NCBI GenBank assembly: GCA_040222015.1
Contig: JAVJWO010000033.1
Location: 1 to 42,414 of the forward strand
Direction of reading: 5' to 3'
DNA length: 42,414 bases
From: Coleofasciculus chthonoplastes F2-STO-03
Lineage (GTDB): Bacteria > Cyanobacteriota > Cyanobacteriia > Cyanobacteriales > Coleofasciculaceae
The position numbers and the translations under genes were made by a program. Below are positions 1 through 9,863 of this stretch, in pieces (positions within the stretch are counted from its first letter, which is position 1; the number at the start of each line of letters is the position of its first letter). The notes under the pieces are model-generated. The model had not been told where the DNA came from. It worked only from the letters and a program-made list of their open reading frames with translations, and did not search any database.

Positions 1-113
1 AGCCTTTATATAACAAAAGGTTTGGGCGTTATCTGGATGTTTTTCTCAATTTTGAATAGCTGAGGCGCTACAATTATTATGGGGCTTGGTTTTTGATTGT
101 TTAAACTGATAGT

Positions 114-587
114 TTAGCATAGTAACTCCGGAAGAACCAAAAGTTCTGCCCAAACTTGGTAACGATGCCTCATACTTTGAACAACTTGATCACCATGGAC
201 GCGCAGATGCCGGGATTTGTTTTGCTCAAAATCTACAGCTCTTTGAATTTCCCAAGGTTGCCATAAGTGAGTCACATCCTCAAAGTGTAAATCGACAAAG
301 CCAGCAGCCGCTAAGTCTGCCAGATATTGGTCGCGAGTTGGTAAATAAGGACAGGCAAGGGTTTCTGTCAATTGAACTTTCACTTTACTGAATGGAGAGA
401 GTCCTAGTTGTTTGACCGCTTCATCGAGTGCCGTCGTGGAGAGGGGATGAAGTTGATCAAAAGGAATCAAGTCTTCGACACCCAAGGGTACTCCAGTTTT
501 ACCAAGTTCTTTGAGTTCGTTGTAGATATAGTTTACGCAATCTTGATGCCAATCGATTGACTCGAATGCGGAATTTGTGGTTGACAT
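114..587 (-). pseudogene. Internally deleted class I SAM-dependent methyltransferase (sarcosine/dimethylglycine N-methyltransferase-like)
   Basis: The N-terminus (IYNELKELG..FDQLH..ALDEAVKQLGL..SKV) and C-terminus (CPYLPTRDQYLADLAAAGFVDLHFEDVT..W) resemble this family. The expected LDxGxGxG SAM motif and about 100 aa of core are absent. Confidence 0.55.
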
Positions 588-1082
588 TTTCTAACAGCGG
601 TTCCTGGCAATTTTTCTCAATTCAGATAGTTTTAGTATACCAGCGTAAGCTGATCAAAAAAATAGGGATATCCCTTGGACTAGCAGCGCTAAAGCGCTTA
701 TTACAAAGCGCTTATTACAAAACCAGCTTAAGACATTTTCATTGGGTAGGGTTTTGTGAGAATATTTATCTCCGTTAGCTTTTCACACTTAAGTAAGCGC
801 TCAAACAAGGTTGCATAATCGAGATTTTGGCAACAGACTGCAAATTTTTGATAAAGTTGCTGTTCCGACATTGGATTATTCGGCATTCCTGTATAAGCAT
901 AAGGCGAAACAAGATGCGTCGGTATTGCCGCATCTAGGAAAGAGTTGTGAGATGCTTTTTAAGGAGTGCCTCAGAAGCTGTTTCTCTCCTTTTTTTCTCC
1001 CACCCTAATTTATTTCATTCGCTTAGGAACAAATCGCCCTTTTTGTTCATCTTGTCCCGCCTTATGGTTAGTAGTCGTTCGT

Positions 1083-1433
<351 letters not shown>

Positions 1434-1474
1434 TCACTTACGTTTCTTTATATTTACCAGACCAGCATGACACG

Positions 1475-2785
1475 ATGAACTACGGCGACTTACTTCGTTG
1501 AAGCCGCTGTTTCTGACGTTTCTTCGCCCCTAGTTGCTTCATACTTCCGTATGCAGTAGGGCTAGGCAACTCGGCGTCTAAAGAGGACAGTTCCTGCCCC
1601 CTTGCCCAAATCTCGTTGACTTGAGCAGCATTTACGTCTCTATCCTCAACATGATTACAGTCAGGATTAGAGCAAACATGAACTCTATCTGCTAAGGTCT
1701 TGGGAGTCAGTTCCCAGCACTTAGCACATCGCTGAGTAGGTTTGAGTTTCTGTGTTGGTGACTCGACATAGAAGCCATTAGCTTCAGCCGCTTTATAGGT
1801 TAACAAGTCTCCAATCATACCAAAACCAACGTCAAGGATAGACCGATTTAATCCAGCTTTCTGTAGTTTTCGTTTACCCTTCTTGGCTTTGCCTGTCATT
1901 TTTTTTACATTTAGCTGTTCACCAGCGATTAGGCTATTACGGCTGACTATATCACTGGTTGTCTTGTGCAGCCAATCTTCCCGCTGTCGGGTGACTTTCC
2001 GTTGGAGTTTAGAAACTCTCTTCCATTCCTTTTTCCAGCGTCTTGAGGCTTTAACTTTCTTGTTCCTGTTAGGGGGTCTCTTGCGTCTCAAACGCTTTGA
2101 AGCCACCTTGACCTTTTTATGCCCCTCCTTAATAAAGTCTGGTTTAGGAATTTTCTCACCAGTCGAAAAAGTTATCGCGTCTTTACAACCCAAATCTATT
2201 CCAATAGAACCTGTACCCGTTTGACGAGTTGGTTCACATTGTACAGTTATTGATGCATACCATTTACCATTCCTAAAGAAAATTGTACAGGTTGTTGGAA
2301 TTCCCCATGTCCTGGCTTTACCTCGGATATGAATTGTCTCTCCCAAGTCTCTCAGCTCCAGATGACCATTTTTGTCATTAGAGGAGACCCGCCAACTTTG
2401 TTTATTAGGATATGTCCAACCTGCATATCGTCGTTTGGCTTTAAATTTGGGATGTTTACCCAAACCCTTAAAAAAACGTTGATAGGCTATATCGACACGT
2501 TTTAATGTAGCTTGTAACGTCTGAGAACCTAATTCTGCATACTCAACCCAAACTTTTTTAAACTCAGGCAAACAGTTCTGTTGTTCAAAATAATCAACAG
2601 AATAACCAAAGTGTTTGTACTGTGTCCTACGGTTTGCAATAGCCGCATTGTATAGGTCACAGTGCATTTTTCTTGCCCAATGGAGTTTGTCGCATTGGGA
2701 GTTGTTTGGATAAAGTCTGAAAGTCACTCGGCGTGTTAGCATCTTCTATCCGGCTCCGGCTTACTTCATTGAGGTTCCGGAGATA
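1475..2785 (-). mobile_element. tnpB-only (IS1341-like) IS200/IS605 element; left boundary approximate
   Basis: No tnpA. Related subterminal hairpin cores CTTACTTCRTTGA at 1489-1501 and 2760-2772. The minus strand ends ..GTAGTTCAT just after the tnpB stop. Confidence 0.75.
1480..2742 (-). CDS. tnpB: RNA-guided endonuclease TnpB (IS200/IS605 family)
   Basis: N-terminal TFRLYP, RuvC I GIDLG, RuvC II AGEQL, zinc ribbon CAKC..CSNPDC, RuvC III DRDVNAA. Confidence 0.96.
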   Translation of the reverse strand: MLTRRVTFRLYPNNSQCDKLHWARKMHCDLYNAAIANRRTQYKHFGYSVDYFEQQNCLPEFKKVWVEYAELGSQTLQATLKRVDIAYQRFFKGLGKHPKFKAKRRYAGWTYPNKQSWRVSSNDKNGHLELRDLGETIHIRGKARTWGIPTTCTIFFRNGKWYASITVQCEPTRQTGTGSIGIDLGCKDAITFSTGEKIPKPDFIKEGHKKVKVASKRLRRKRPPNRNKKVKASRRWKKEWKRVSKLQRKVTRQREDWLHKTTSDIVSRNSLIAGEQLNVKKMTGKAKKGKRKLQKAGLNRSILDVGFGMIGDLLTYKAAEANGFYVESPTQKLKPTQRCAKCWELTPKTLADRVHVCSNPDCNHVEDRDVNAAQVNEIWARGQELSSLDAELPSPTAYGSMKQLGAKKRQKQRLQRSKSP

Positions 2786-2823
2786 ATCGCGATTTAGTTT
2801 TACACTCCCATCAATATTTTTTT

Positions 2824-2837
2824 GTAACATTGAATAC
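2824..2837 (-). promoter_or_regulatory. NtcA-binding site, probably the native glnB promoter
   Basis: GTA-N8-TAC (minus strand GTATTCAATGTTAC), followed by an A-run and an imperfect -10-like TAAAACT 21 nt downstream. glnB is an established NtcA target. Confidence 0.75.
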
Positions 2838-3046
2838 AGTTTTTTGGGTGTCGTATGCATTGCCCGTCGCCAATCGCCAATTCCCAGACGGTCAACACTC
2901 GATCAGGGCAGGTTGAGTTGTAGTGAAACTCGCCCCGACAAACTATGCCTTCAGTCGTCAAGGGTCAAAACTCTCGCACTTCCCCAATCCTCAGGCTACG
3001 GTGGTCGATCGCTAAACTTTTGATTAAAATGAGAAATATATCACGG

Positions 3047-3435
3047 GGGGCCTTAATGGTTTCGACGTGTTGGTGAAAGCCAACCCGCGATACAGGTCGA
3101 GAGTGAGTCTTCTCTCGTAAATCCCGGACTCAAAAAAAAGTAACTGCGAACAACATCGTTCCTTTTGCTCGTAAGGCAGCTCCTGTAGCCGCTTAAACAC
3201 CTCTCATAGGTTCGAGCGTTCTTAGTCTGACTCCGTTAAGGGCTAAGGACACAACCCCAACGGATGCGCTAGGCGAGCTGTCTTTGGTCGGCTCTCTAGC
3301 AAAGACCCCAACCAAAGCATCCCGCCATCCGGGATAATGGATGGTTCCCGCCCTGAGGATGAGAAGGGCTAAGCCTGTGAATGATCGGTAGGTAAATACC
3401 CAATGCGGACACGGGTTCAATTCCCGTAGGCTCCA
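3047..3435 (+). ncRNA. ssrA: tmRNA
   Basis: 5' GGGGCCT..GGTTTCGAC pairs with 3' AGGCTCCA. T-arm GGGTTCAATTCCC. Tag ANNIVPFARKAAPVAA* at 3146-3196. CCA is not encoded. Confidence 0.97.
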
Positions 3436-3465
3436 TTTCTAAATTCAATTTTCAGATGCAATAAG

Positions 3466-3494
3466 ACCCCTTCATCTAGCATGAAGGGGTTTTT
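3466..3494 (+). terminator. Intrinsic terminator of ssrA
   Basis: ACCCCTTCAT-ctagc-ATGAAGGGGT stem followed by a T-run. Confidence 0.8.
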
Positions 3495-3530
3495 ATCATT
3501 GATCATACGTTGATTAGTTTGCCATAATTC

Positions 3531-3657
3531 ATACCAAATCTGCTTCATTAACCTCCTGTATCACCAGGGTGCTGTTTCCTGGAAGCCTTCTGCTATCTGC
3601 CCTCTGCCATCTGCCTTGTCCTTACCAAAAAGGAAATAGTTAACCCGGATTTCGTAT
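3531..3657. repeat. MITE-like repeat with imperfect terminal inverted repeats
   Basis: ATACCAAATC..GATTTCGTAT ends with internal CTGCC-type heptamers. Confidence 0.45.
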
Positions 3658-3919
3658 CAGATTATCCGGATGAATGCCTTGATGACAGAAAAAGGTAATC
3701 AAACGCCTTCAGTGCCCTGATCAATTTATTAATAATTGTTGCGGGTCAGATGAATGAACTCCAAACTCCGGCTTTGGTGTTCATTCAATAATGTTGGAGG
3801 TAAGGATGCTAGGATTTGACCGCCCAAAAGGAGTAGGGAATTCATCCTATCCAACCGAATGCCTGACTCTGGAGTACCTCATCCTTAAATATGTAAACAA
3901 CAACGAGCAAGAGCAAGTT

Positions 3920-4957
3920 ATGGTAATGCAACCTACGTATGGTAATAATTTTATCGATAGCTCAACCATTGAACTTTCTCAGGAAGGATTGCGGTCTATT
4001 CTGAATCAGATTGAGGCAGAACTCATCGATAGTGAAGTTTACCGCCGCACCATGGCTGGGTTACAAACGATGTTAGGAGAAGCCTCAAGCAACGCCCATA
4101 TTCTGGTCAAGGCGGTGGGGCGAGAAGCCGTAAGGTTGACATTTCAGGAATTTGCCAGACAGTATAAGGTTGTTCCTGTGACTCCTGTGGCTTCTGACGG
4201 AATGAATCAACCGACAGAAACCGAAGAGGAGGAGTTGGAGATTCCCCAAACTGAAGAGACGGAACGTCCCATTGGCTCGAAAGAAACGATGTCCCATAGG
4301 GTTCAGACAAACTTATCGCCCAGTTTAGCGGATCGAGAGATTGGCGAAACTCGGTCGCGTCAAAAACTCACTAAAGCAGAATTAGCCGAGCAAAAGCTTT
4401 TCCTAGAACGGGAAGAGATGTTGCAGCAAATTGGTCAACAACTGCGACGAGCGCGTCAATCCCGCTCTTTGAGCCTTCAGCAACTACATCGCCAAACTTT
4501 AGTCCCCATTCATCAAATTGAAGCATTAGAAACGGGACATCTAGCTCAGCTACCAGAGGATATTTATATTCGTGGTTTTATTCGCCGGCTTGGTTATGCT
4601 CTAGGGTTAGACGGTGTAACATTAGCCTTGTCTTTGCCAAAAATTGATCCGGTCAAGTCTGTGGTTCCTTCCTGGTATAAAGATCCAGTCGCTACAGGGT
4701 TTCACCTTAAATCTGTTCATTTATATCTAGGCTACGCCACGTTGATTGCAGGAGCAGTGGGAGGACTTAACTGGATGTCGAATCAACAATCTGCCCCCCA
4801 AAACACAGCGGAACCTGAACCTGTTCCTTCTGGTCAAAACTCTATGTCTCCAAAAGCTGCAACTAGCAAATCTACTCATACGCCTGGGATTAAATCGAGT
4901 CAAACTGGTGTACAAGCAGGAGCTGATATTGCTCCCCCTGAGGCATTTCCGTGTTAA
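3920..4957 (+). CDS. RodZ-like HTH (HTH_25) membrane-anchored protein with N-terminal extension
   Basis: IGQQLRRARQSRSLSL..IEALETG..LPEDIYIRGFIRR motif followed by a TM helix. The ORF is open from 3791; ATG 3920 is the preferred start. Confidence 0.8.
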   Translation: MVMQPTYGNNFIDSSTIELSQEGLRSILNQIEAELIDSEVYRRTMAGLQTMLGEASSNAHILVKAVGREAVRLTFQEFARQYKVVPVTPVASDGMNQPTETEEEELEIPQTEETERPIGSKETMSHRVQTNLSPSLADREIGETRSRQKLTKAELAEQKLFLEREEMLQQIGQQLRRARQSRSLSLQQLHRQTLVPIHQIEALETGHLAQLPEDIYIRGFIRRLGYALGLDGVTLALSLPKIDPVKSVVPSWYKDPVATGFHLKSVHLYLGYATLIAGAVGGLNWMSNQQSAPQNTAEPEPVPSGQNSMSPKAATSKSTHTPGIKSSQTGVQAGADIAPPEAFPC

Positions 4958-4960
4958 TGA

Positions 4961-5005
4961 GATGGAGAAGATAGGGGAGATGGAGAAGATGGAGAAGATG
5001 GAGAA
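4961..5005. repeat. 9-bp tandem repeat (GATGGAGAA x5, one degenerate)
   Basis: Read directly from the sequence. Confidence 0.85.
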
Positions 5006-5274
5006 GCTAACAAATGACGAATAACCACTTTATAGACTCTTTGCCAATTCCTCACAAACTCCTAACACAGATATATCTGACGAAATTCCTATCGTCAGAA
5101 TAGTGATATAGAAACATAAAATAAGACTCGGCTGTTACGATCATTTATTGTAATTCAGTACCGAATTGCAAGCTTGGAGATATTTGCCTTATTCATGAGT
5201 TGATTCTGGCAAGTTAACTGAATTCTATAGTGTTTCCTTAACGATGTTTAGTAATCTTACCCCTTTTTAAGAAA

Positions 5275-6936
5275 GTGACTTACTTAATCTGTACTTGTGA
5301 CATTTTACAGAAGCAAATCTATCCATTAAGTTTAGGCGCGAATACGATTGGGCGGGAAGAGGATAACACTATTGTAGTTGACCATACCTATCTTTCCCGT
5401 TACCACGCTCAGATTTTGTTTTCCCCTGACGCTGTGATGCTGCGGGATCTCAATAGTCTCAATGGTACGTTTGTTAACGAGTTTAAAGTTGAACAATGTC
5501 AACTTAAGAATGGGGATTTTATTCGTTTAGGGGATGTATCGTTTAAGTTTGTACAGCAAATCCCTAACGTTGAGAAAACTGTATCATCGGACGATGATAC
5601 GGAAATTTCAATTGTCAAGCAAGTCTCTCCGGAAAAAACTAGAATTGCAATCACTGATTTATTGCAACCCGATAAGTCAGAAAATTCTATTATTAAACTG
5701 AAGCAGCAAGATACTCATCAACGAACGGTTGATAAATTGCAAATTTTACTGGAAGTCAGTAAACAATTGTCTTCTCCAGAAGATCCTGATCAATTGCTGC
5801 AAAAAATAATCGATTTGCTGTTTGAAATCATGCATATTGACCGCGCCACAATTTTGATGGTCAATGAAACGAGTGGGATACTGGAACAAAAAGCGGTAAA
5901 CTGGCGTTCTGGAATCCCGACTGAAGAGAATTTTTACAGTAGTAAAATTACTAATTTTGTCCGTCATCAGGGGGATGCGATTCTCACGGACGATGCTTGT
6001 AAAGATATCTTATTTAACGATTCAATCTCTATTGTTGAACAAGGAATTCATGCAGCAATGTGTGTTCCGCTGAAACCCGCAGATGAGGTAATTGGGGTAT
6101 TATATGTGGATAATTTATCAATGACGGATATCTACTCCGATGAAGATTTAGAGTTTTTAACTTGTCTAGCCAACCAAGCCGCGATCGCGATTGAAAATTC
6201 CCGCCTGTATAAAAAGATGCAGGAACAGGAAGTAATGAGGGCAAAGTTGGAACGATTCTTTCCTCAATCGGTGAGTCGCAAGTTACGGGAAGAAGGGAAT
6301 TTAGCCACGGTAGAGACAGAAGTGACGGCTTTGTTTGCCGATATTAGCAACTATACGCAGATGTCGGCGGAAATGGAACCGCGTCAGATTGTTGAAATGC
6401 TGAATGAGTATTTCCAAGTCATTGTAGAAGAGATTGTTTTTCCTTACGAAGGAACGTTAGAAAAGTACATCGGTGATGGAATTCTAGCAATTTGGGGCGC
6501 ACCGTATCGCCAACCCAATGATGTAGATTTAGCGGTACAAGCAGCGATTGAAATGCAATGGGCAGTTTCCCGCTTAAATCATAAATGGATTCGAGAAAAC
6601 CGACGACCGATTCAAATTCACATTGGTTTGAATACGGGTACGGTTGCGGCTGGAAATATTGGTTCTAGAAATATGATTCAGTATGCCACAATTGGTGATA
6701 CAACGAATGTGAGTAGTCGAATTTGTGACGTGGCTCAAGCTGGGCAAATTTTAATCGCTCAAAGTACGTTTGATAAGCTGGGTGATCCGAGTATTCCCCT
6801 AGAAAAAATACCACCTGTTTGGGTGAAGGGTAAGACTTCGCCTTTACATCTCTATCGGGTTTTGTGGGAGCACTATAACGCGACGGACGTATTGTGCGAG
6901 AATGGTGGTCTAGTAACTACACTTAGCCCCTCTTAA
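5275..6936 (+). CDS. Class III adenylate/guanylate cyclase with FHA and GAF domains (CyaD-like architecture)
   Basis: FHA (IGR..SRYHA..SLNGTFVN), GAF (IGVLYVDN), cyclase (LFADI, EKYIGDG, IGDTTNVSSR). Confidence 0.93.
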   Translation: MTYLICTCDILQKQIYPLSLGANTIGREEDNTIVVDHTYLSRYHAQILFSPDAVMLRDLNSLNGTFVNEFKVEQCQLKNGDFIRLGDVSFKFVQQIPNVEKTVSSDDDTEISIVKQVSPEKTRIAITDLLQPDKSENSIIKLKQQDTHQRTVDKLQILLEVSKQLSSPEDPDQLLQKIIDLLFEIMHIDRATILMVNETSGILEQKAVNWRSGIPTEENFYSSKITNFVRHQGDAILTDDACKDILFNDSISIVEQGIHAAMCVPLKPADEVIGVLYVDNLSMTDIYSDEDLEFLTCLANQAAIAIENSRLYKKMQEQEVMRAKLERFFPQSVSRKLREEGNLATVETEVTALFADISNYTQMSAEMEPRQIVEMLNEYFQVIVEEIVFPYEGTLEKYIGDGILAIWGAPYRQPNDVDLAVQAAIEMQWAVSRLNHKWIRENRRPIQIHIGLNTGTVAAGNIGSRNMIQYATIGDTTNVSSRICDVAQAGQILIAQSTFDKLGDPSIPLEKIPPVWVKGKTSPLHLYRVLWEHYNATDVLCENGGLVTTLSPS

Positions 6937-6974
6937 CTACTGGACTTTACTGTTTTCAACTACCTACAACCTAC

Positions 6975-8009
6975 TTAGCTGATCACTGAAGCTTTGCCCA
7001 CAGTATCTCGACCATGAGGTTTCATAAGGCTTGACACATCGGGACCACTAGGGATAATTCCGCCAGGATTCAGCGGAAACAGATTGCCGTAATAATCTCG
7101 CTTAACACTCTCCAAATCACAGGTATCCGCAACCCCCGGAAGCTGATACAAATCGCGCAGGTAAACGCCTAAGTTTTGATAGTCTTTAATCCGGCGACGG
7201 TTGCACTTAAAGAGTCCATAGTAAACAAGATCAAAACGGAATAGGGTGGTAAATAGACGCACATCTGCAAACGTCACTCTATCCCCGCATAAATAGCGAT
7301 TCGTTTCTAGTACCGCATCAATTTCATTGAGTGTGGTAAACAGTTGATCACAGGCTTGATCATAAGCCTCCTGAGATTGGGCAAAACCGCAGCGATAAAC
7401 CCCATTATTGACCGTGTGGTAAATTTTATCATTCCACTCATCGATCGCGGACTTCAGATCCTCTGGATACAAGTCCAGTGCAGCATTCTTAGCGAACTGA
7501 TTAAACTGAGAGTTGAGCATAACAATAATCTCGGCACTCTCATTATTAACTATCGTTTTCGTCTGGTTATCCCACAATACGGGAACCGTCGAACGCCCAC
7601 TGTAACCGGATTGGGCTAACTGGTATAATTCCGGCAACGTGTGACAGCCCTCTTCGGGTTTCTCAAACACCCAAATTCCCTGATCTGAAGACGGCGAGAC
7701 AATCGATACTCCAATCACCTCATCCAATCCCTTCAGCGCCCGAACAACCAGCGTCCGATGCGCCCAAGGACATCCGAGTCCCACAAACAGAGTATAGCGC
7801 CCTGGGGTGGGTGGATAGGGATTTCCCGCGTCTGTTCCAATCGCATGTCTAAACTGACTCTCTGGGCGAATGTATTCTCCCTTTTTGCTGGGCGGTGCTA
7901 GTTTGGACATCATAATCTGCCACATTGTCGTCCAGACAAACTTGCCCAACCGAATAATCACGGTTGACGGGAGAGATGTGCCTTTGGGTTTCCAAGAAGA
8001 TGTTGCCAT
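6975..8009 (-). CDS. Glutathionyl-hydroquinone reductase (Xi/omega-like glutathione S-transferase)
   Basis: CPWAHR active site, TVPVLWD, IVNNESAEII, NNGVYRCGFA. Confidence 0.93.
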   Translation of the reverse strand: MATSSWKPKGTSLPSTVIIRLGKFVWTTMWQIMMSKLAPPSKKGEYIRPESQFRHAIGTDAGNPYPPTPGRYTLFVGLGCPWAHRTLVVRALKGLDEVIGVSIVSPSSDQGIWVFEKPEEGCHTLPELYQLAQSGYSGRSTVPVLWDNQTKTIVNNESAEIIVMLNSQFNQFAKNAALDLYPEDLKSAIDEWNDKIYHTVNNGVYRCGFAQSQEAYDQACDQLFTTLNEIDAVLETNRYLCGDRVTFADVRLFTTLFRFDLVYYGLFKCNRRRIKDYQNLGVYLRDLYQLPGVADTCDLESVKRDYYGNLFPLNPGGIIPSGPDVSSLMKPHGRDTVGKASVIS

Positions 8010-8032
8010 GAGTGAATAATTGAGCTTTATCC

Positions 8033-8142
8033 TACTGGTGTGATACAGCTAAATTTGTGGCATAGAGTTCACCGTTCAATCGGGCGCACGTCGGTGCGCC
8101 CCTACAATTCCAACCCAACAAATTAGGTGTACCACACCACTA
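8033..8142. repeat. MITE-like element enclosing a GTAG-type REP hairpin
   Basis: TACTGGTGTGATACAGCTAAATTTG..CAAATTAGGTGTACCACACCACTA inverted ends; internal GGGCGCAC-gtcg-GTGCGCCCCTAC. Confidence 0.65.
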
Positions 8143-8251
8143 CTGTATCGAATAGTAGCGATCGCGATCGCATCCAGGGATGATAGTCTAGCTACTGTTG
8201 GGTTGTCTTGCTGATTACCCAACACCAAAGCACACCAGACACACGGTAGAT

Positions 8252-8533
8252 ATGGCTAACATCACCATCCAATCCGCAACTGAACGTGACAACGGTTGGT
8301 CTTATCAGGTGAAACTAGAAAATGATCGCGAATATAACTACGATGTCACCCTCAGTCAATCAGACTATAACCAATGGTCGCAAGGGAAAGTTTCACCTGA
8401 ACAATTAGTCGAGGCGGCGTTTGAATTCCTACTAGAACGTGAACCCGCCTCGTCTATTATGTCAAAATTTGATTGTGCCGTAATCCGCCGCTATTTTCCC
8501 GAAGTGGATAGCGAGTTACCGAAGAAACTTTAA
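8252..8533 (+). CDS. Small conserved hypothetical protein
   Basis: Protein-like ORF with AFEFLLEREPASSI..FD..VIRRYFPE. ATG 8252 is preferred over TTG 8198. Confidence 0.75.
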   Translation: MANITIQSATERDNGWSYQVKLENDREYNYDVTLSQSDYNQWSQGKVSPEQLVEAAFEFLLEREPASSIMSKFDCAVIRRYFPEVDSELPKKL

Positions 8534-8663
8534 CGGTTAAAACTCAGGCTATTCATCATCTGGTCTAACACTTGTTTATTGCGTTGATAGCGTTGACCTT
8601 GCATATCATAGGTCGTCCCAACCAGATGTCTATAATCTCTGTTTAATTAATTTTAGCATTAAT

Positions 8664-9152
8664 TTACTCTCCAACCCGGTTCAGCGCTTCTTGATAGAGC
8701 GATTGGCTGAGGCGAAATTTACCTTGATTTTGTAAGGCGTCTAGTTGTTCCTTTAGAGTTATAATCAAACCCTGTTGTTTCGCCCAAATTAGAATTCCCA
8801 CCGTACCTAATACAGGTAAACCCATTTGCCGCGCTACTCGCCGTGCGTTCTTCTCATCTAGTAAAATAGCGTCTACAGGGTTTTCAGCAACAAGAGCGAT
8901 CGCTTCAGCTTCCCCTTCATCCAGTTCTATCCTTAACAGCGATATTACAGACGTGTTTGTCACTTGACGAATAGTCAGCCATGATGCTGAAGCCACATCC
9001 TGTGCGCCCGGTTGTCCTTTTCCAGTTTCGACAACTTCTCTCCAAACGGCTTGAGGGAGAAACACACCATCAGGAAATCGCTGGTGCAACAGAGAAAGCT
9101 GCCCAATTGTACTTAGGGCAATTAAAATTGAAGAATTGGTAACGGCTCTCAA
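8664..9152 (-). CDS. DUF3368 PIN-domain protein (putative toxin)
   Basis: LDEGEAEAIALV, ILLDEKNARRVA, GTVGILIWAKQQGLI. Overlaps the upstream gene by 4 nt. Confidence 0.88.
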   Translation of the reverse strand: MRAVTNSSILIALSTIGQLSLLHQRFPDGVFLPQAVWREVVETGKGQPGAQDVASASWLTIRQVTNTSVISLLRIELDEGEAEAIALVAENPVDAILLDEKNARRVARQMGLPVLGTVGILIWAKQQGLIITLKEQLDALQNQGKFRLSQSLYQEALNRVGE

Positions 9153-9409
9153 CCTAAAGACTCCAGTGTTTCAAGGTCTGCTTCCAATTCTTCTAGATCA
9201 TAGCTCCGTTCAATCCCTTCTTGACCTAACAACTCGTGAAATTGCCATTTCGTCATTTGTGCGAGTTCCCGGGCTTTGCCGAATGATAGTATTCCCTTTT
9301 GGTATAATCGGATGGCGAGTTCCTGACGCAGACGGGGAAGGCGTTCGGTTGGTGGTACTCGCAACGCTTCGGCAAGGTTATCGTGAATTTCGAGAGTTAG
9401 TTTGGTCAT
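9149..9409 (-). CDS. UPF0175 family protein (putative antitoxin)
   Basis: ELAIRLYQKGILSFGKARELAQMTKWQFHELL..Y..EELEADL. Confidence 0.88.
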   Translation of the reverse strand: MTKLTLEIHDNLAEALRVPPTERLPRLRQELAIRLYQKGILSFGKARELAQMTKWQFHELLGQEGIERSYDLEELEADLETLESLG

Positions 9410-9863
9410 GGTAATTATCTAATTTTGACATTCTGCATTAATTCTACCTATACTATAAGGAATACTGCATAGATACCCGTAATTATAACATGGAATTTAG
9501 TAGTTTTAAGATGAAATTAAGCAAAAAAGAGATGAGTTATATGAAAAAGACAAAGACATTAATAAATTGCCAAGTTATTTACAAAATTTAGAAGTCATAA
9601 GTGTAATACAGTTAGTCGTGTCTTCAGCTAAATCAGGATTAATTTCTTAGCGGTTCGTGTAAGAGTTAGGTTAACGACGCATAAACTTGAATCAGTACCA
9701 AGGAAGGTTGACAAAGCGGTAACGATCGCCTTTCACAAGGTTTATAGGTATTTCTACTCAACGCCTATAAGGATTTCTGATAAAGCCCCTGGGGTTGATC
9801 GTGTAAAAATGAAGAAACTATAAATCGTTTTAATAAACGTTGCTGATACAGGAGTCAACATCA

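Noticed and set aside
1480..2742. Nuclease-dead TnpB (TldR-like regulator)
   Set aside because: The D-E-D RuvC residues are all present.
2657..2860. 67-aa ORF as a possible tnpA remnant
   Set aside because: No HUH or Tyr motifs; it spans the NtcA promoter and the tnpB start.
3193..3420. 75-aa ORF
   Set aside because: Antisense shadow of the tmRNA.
3047..4957. Genomic island integrated at ssrA
   Set aside because: No integrase downstream and no duplicated ssrA 3' end seen in the window.
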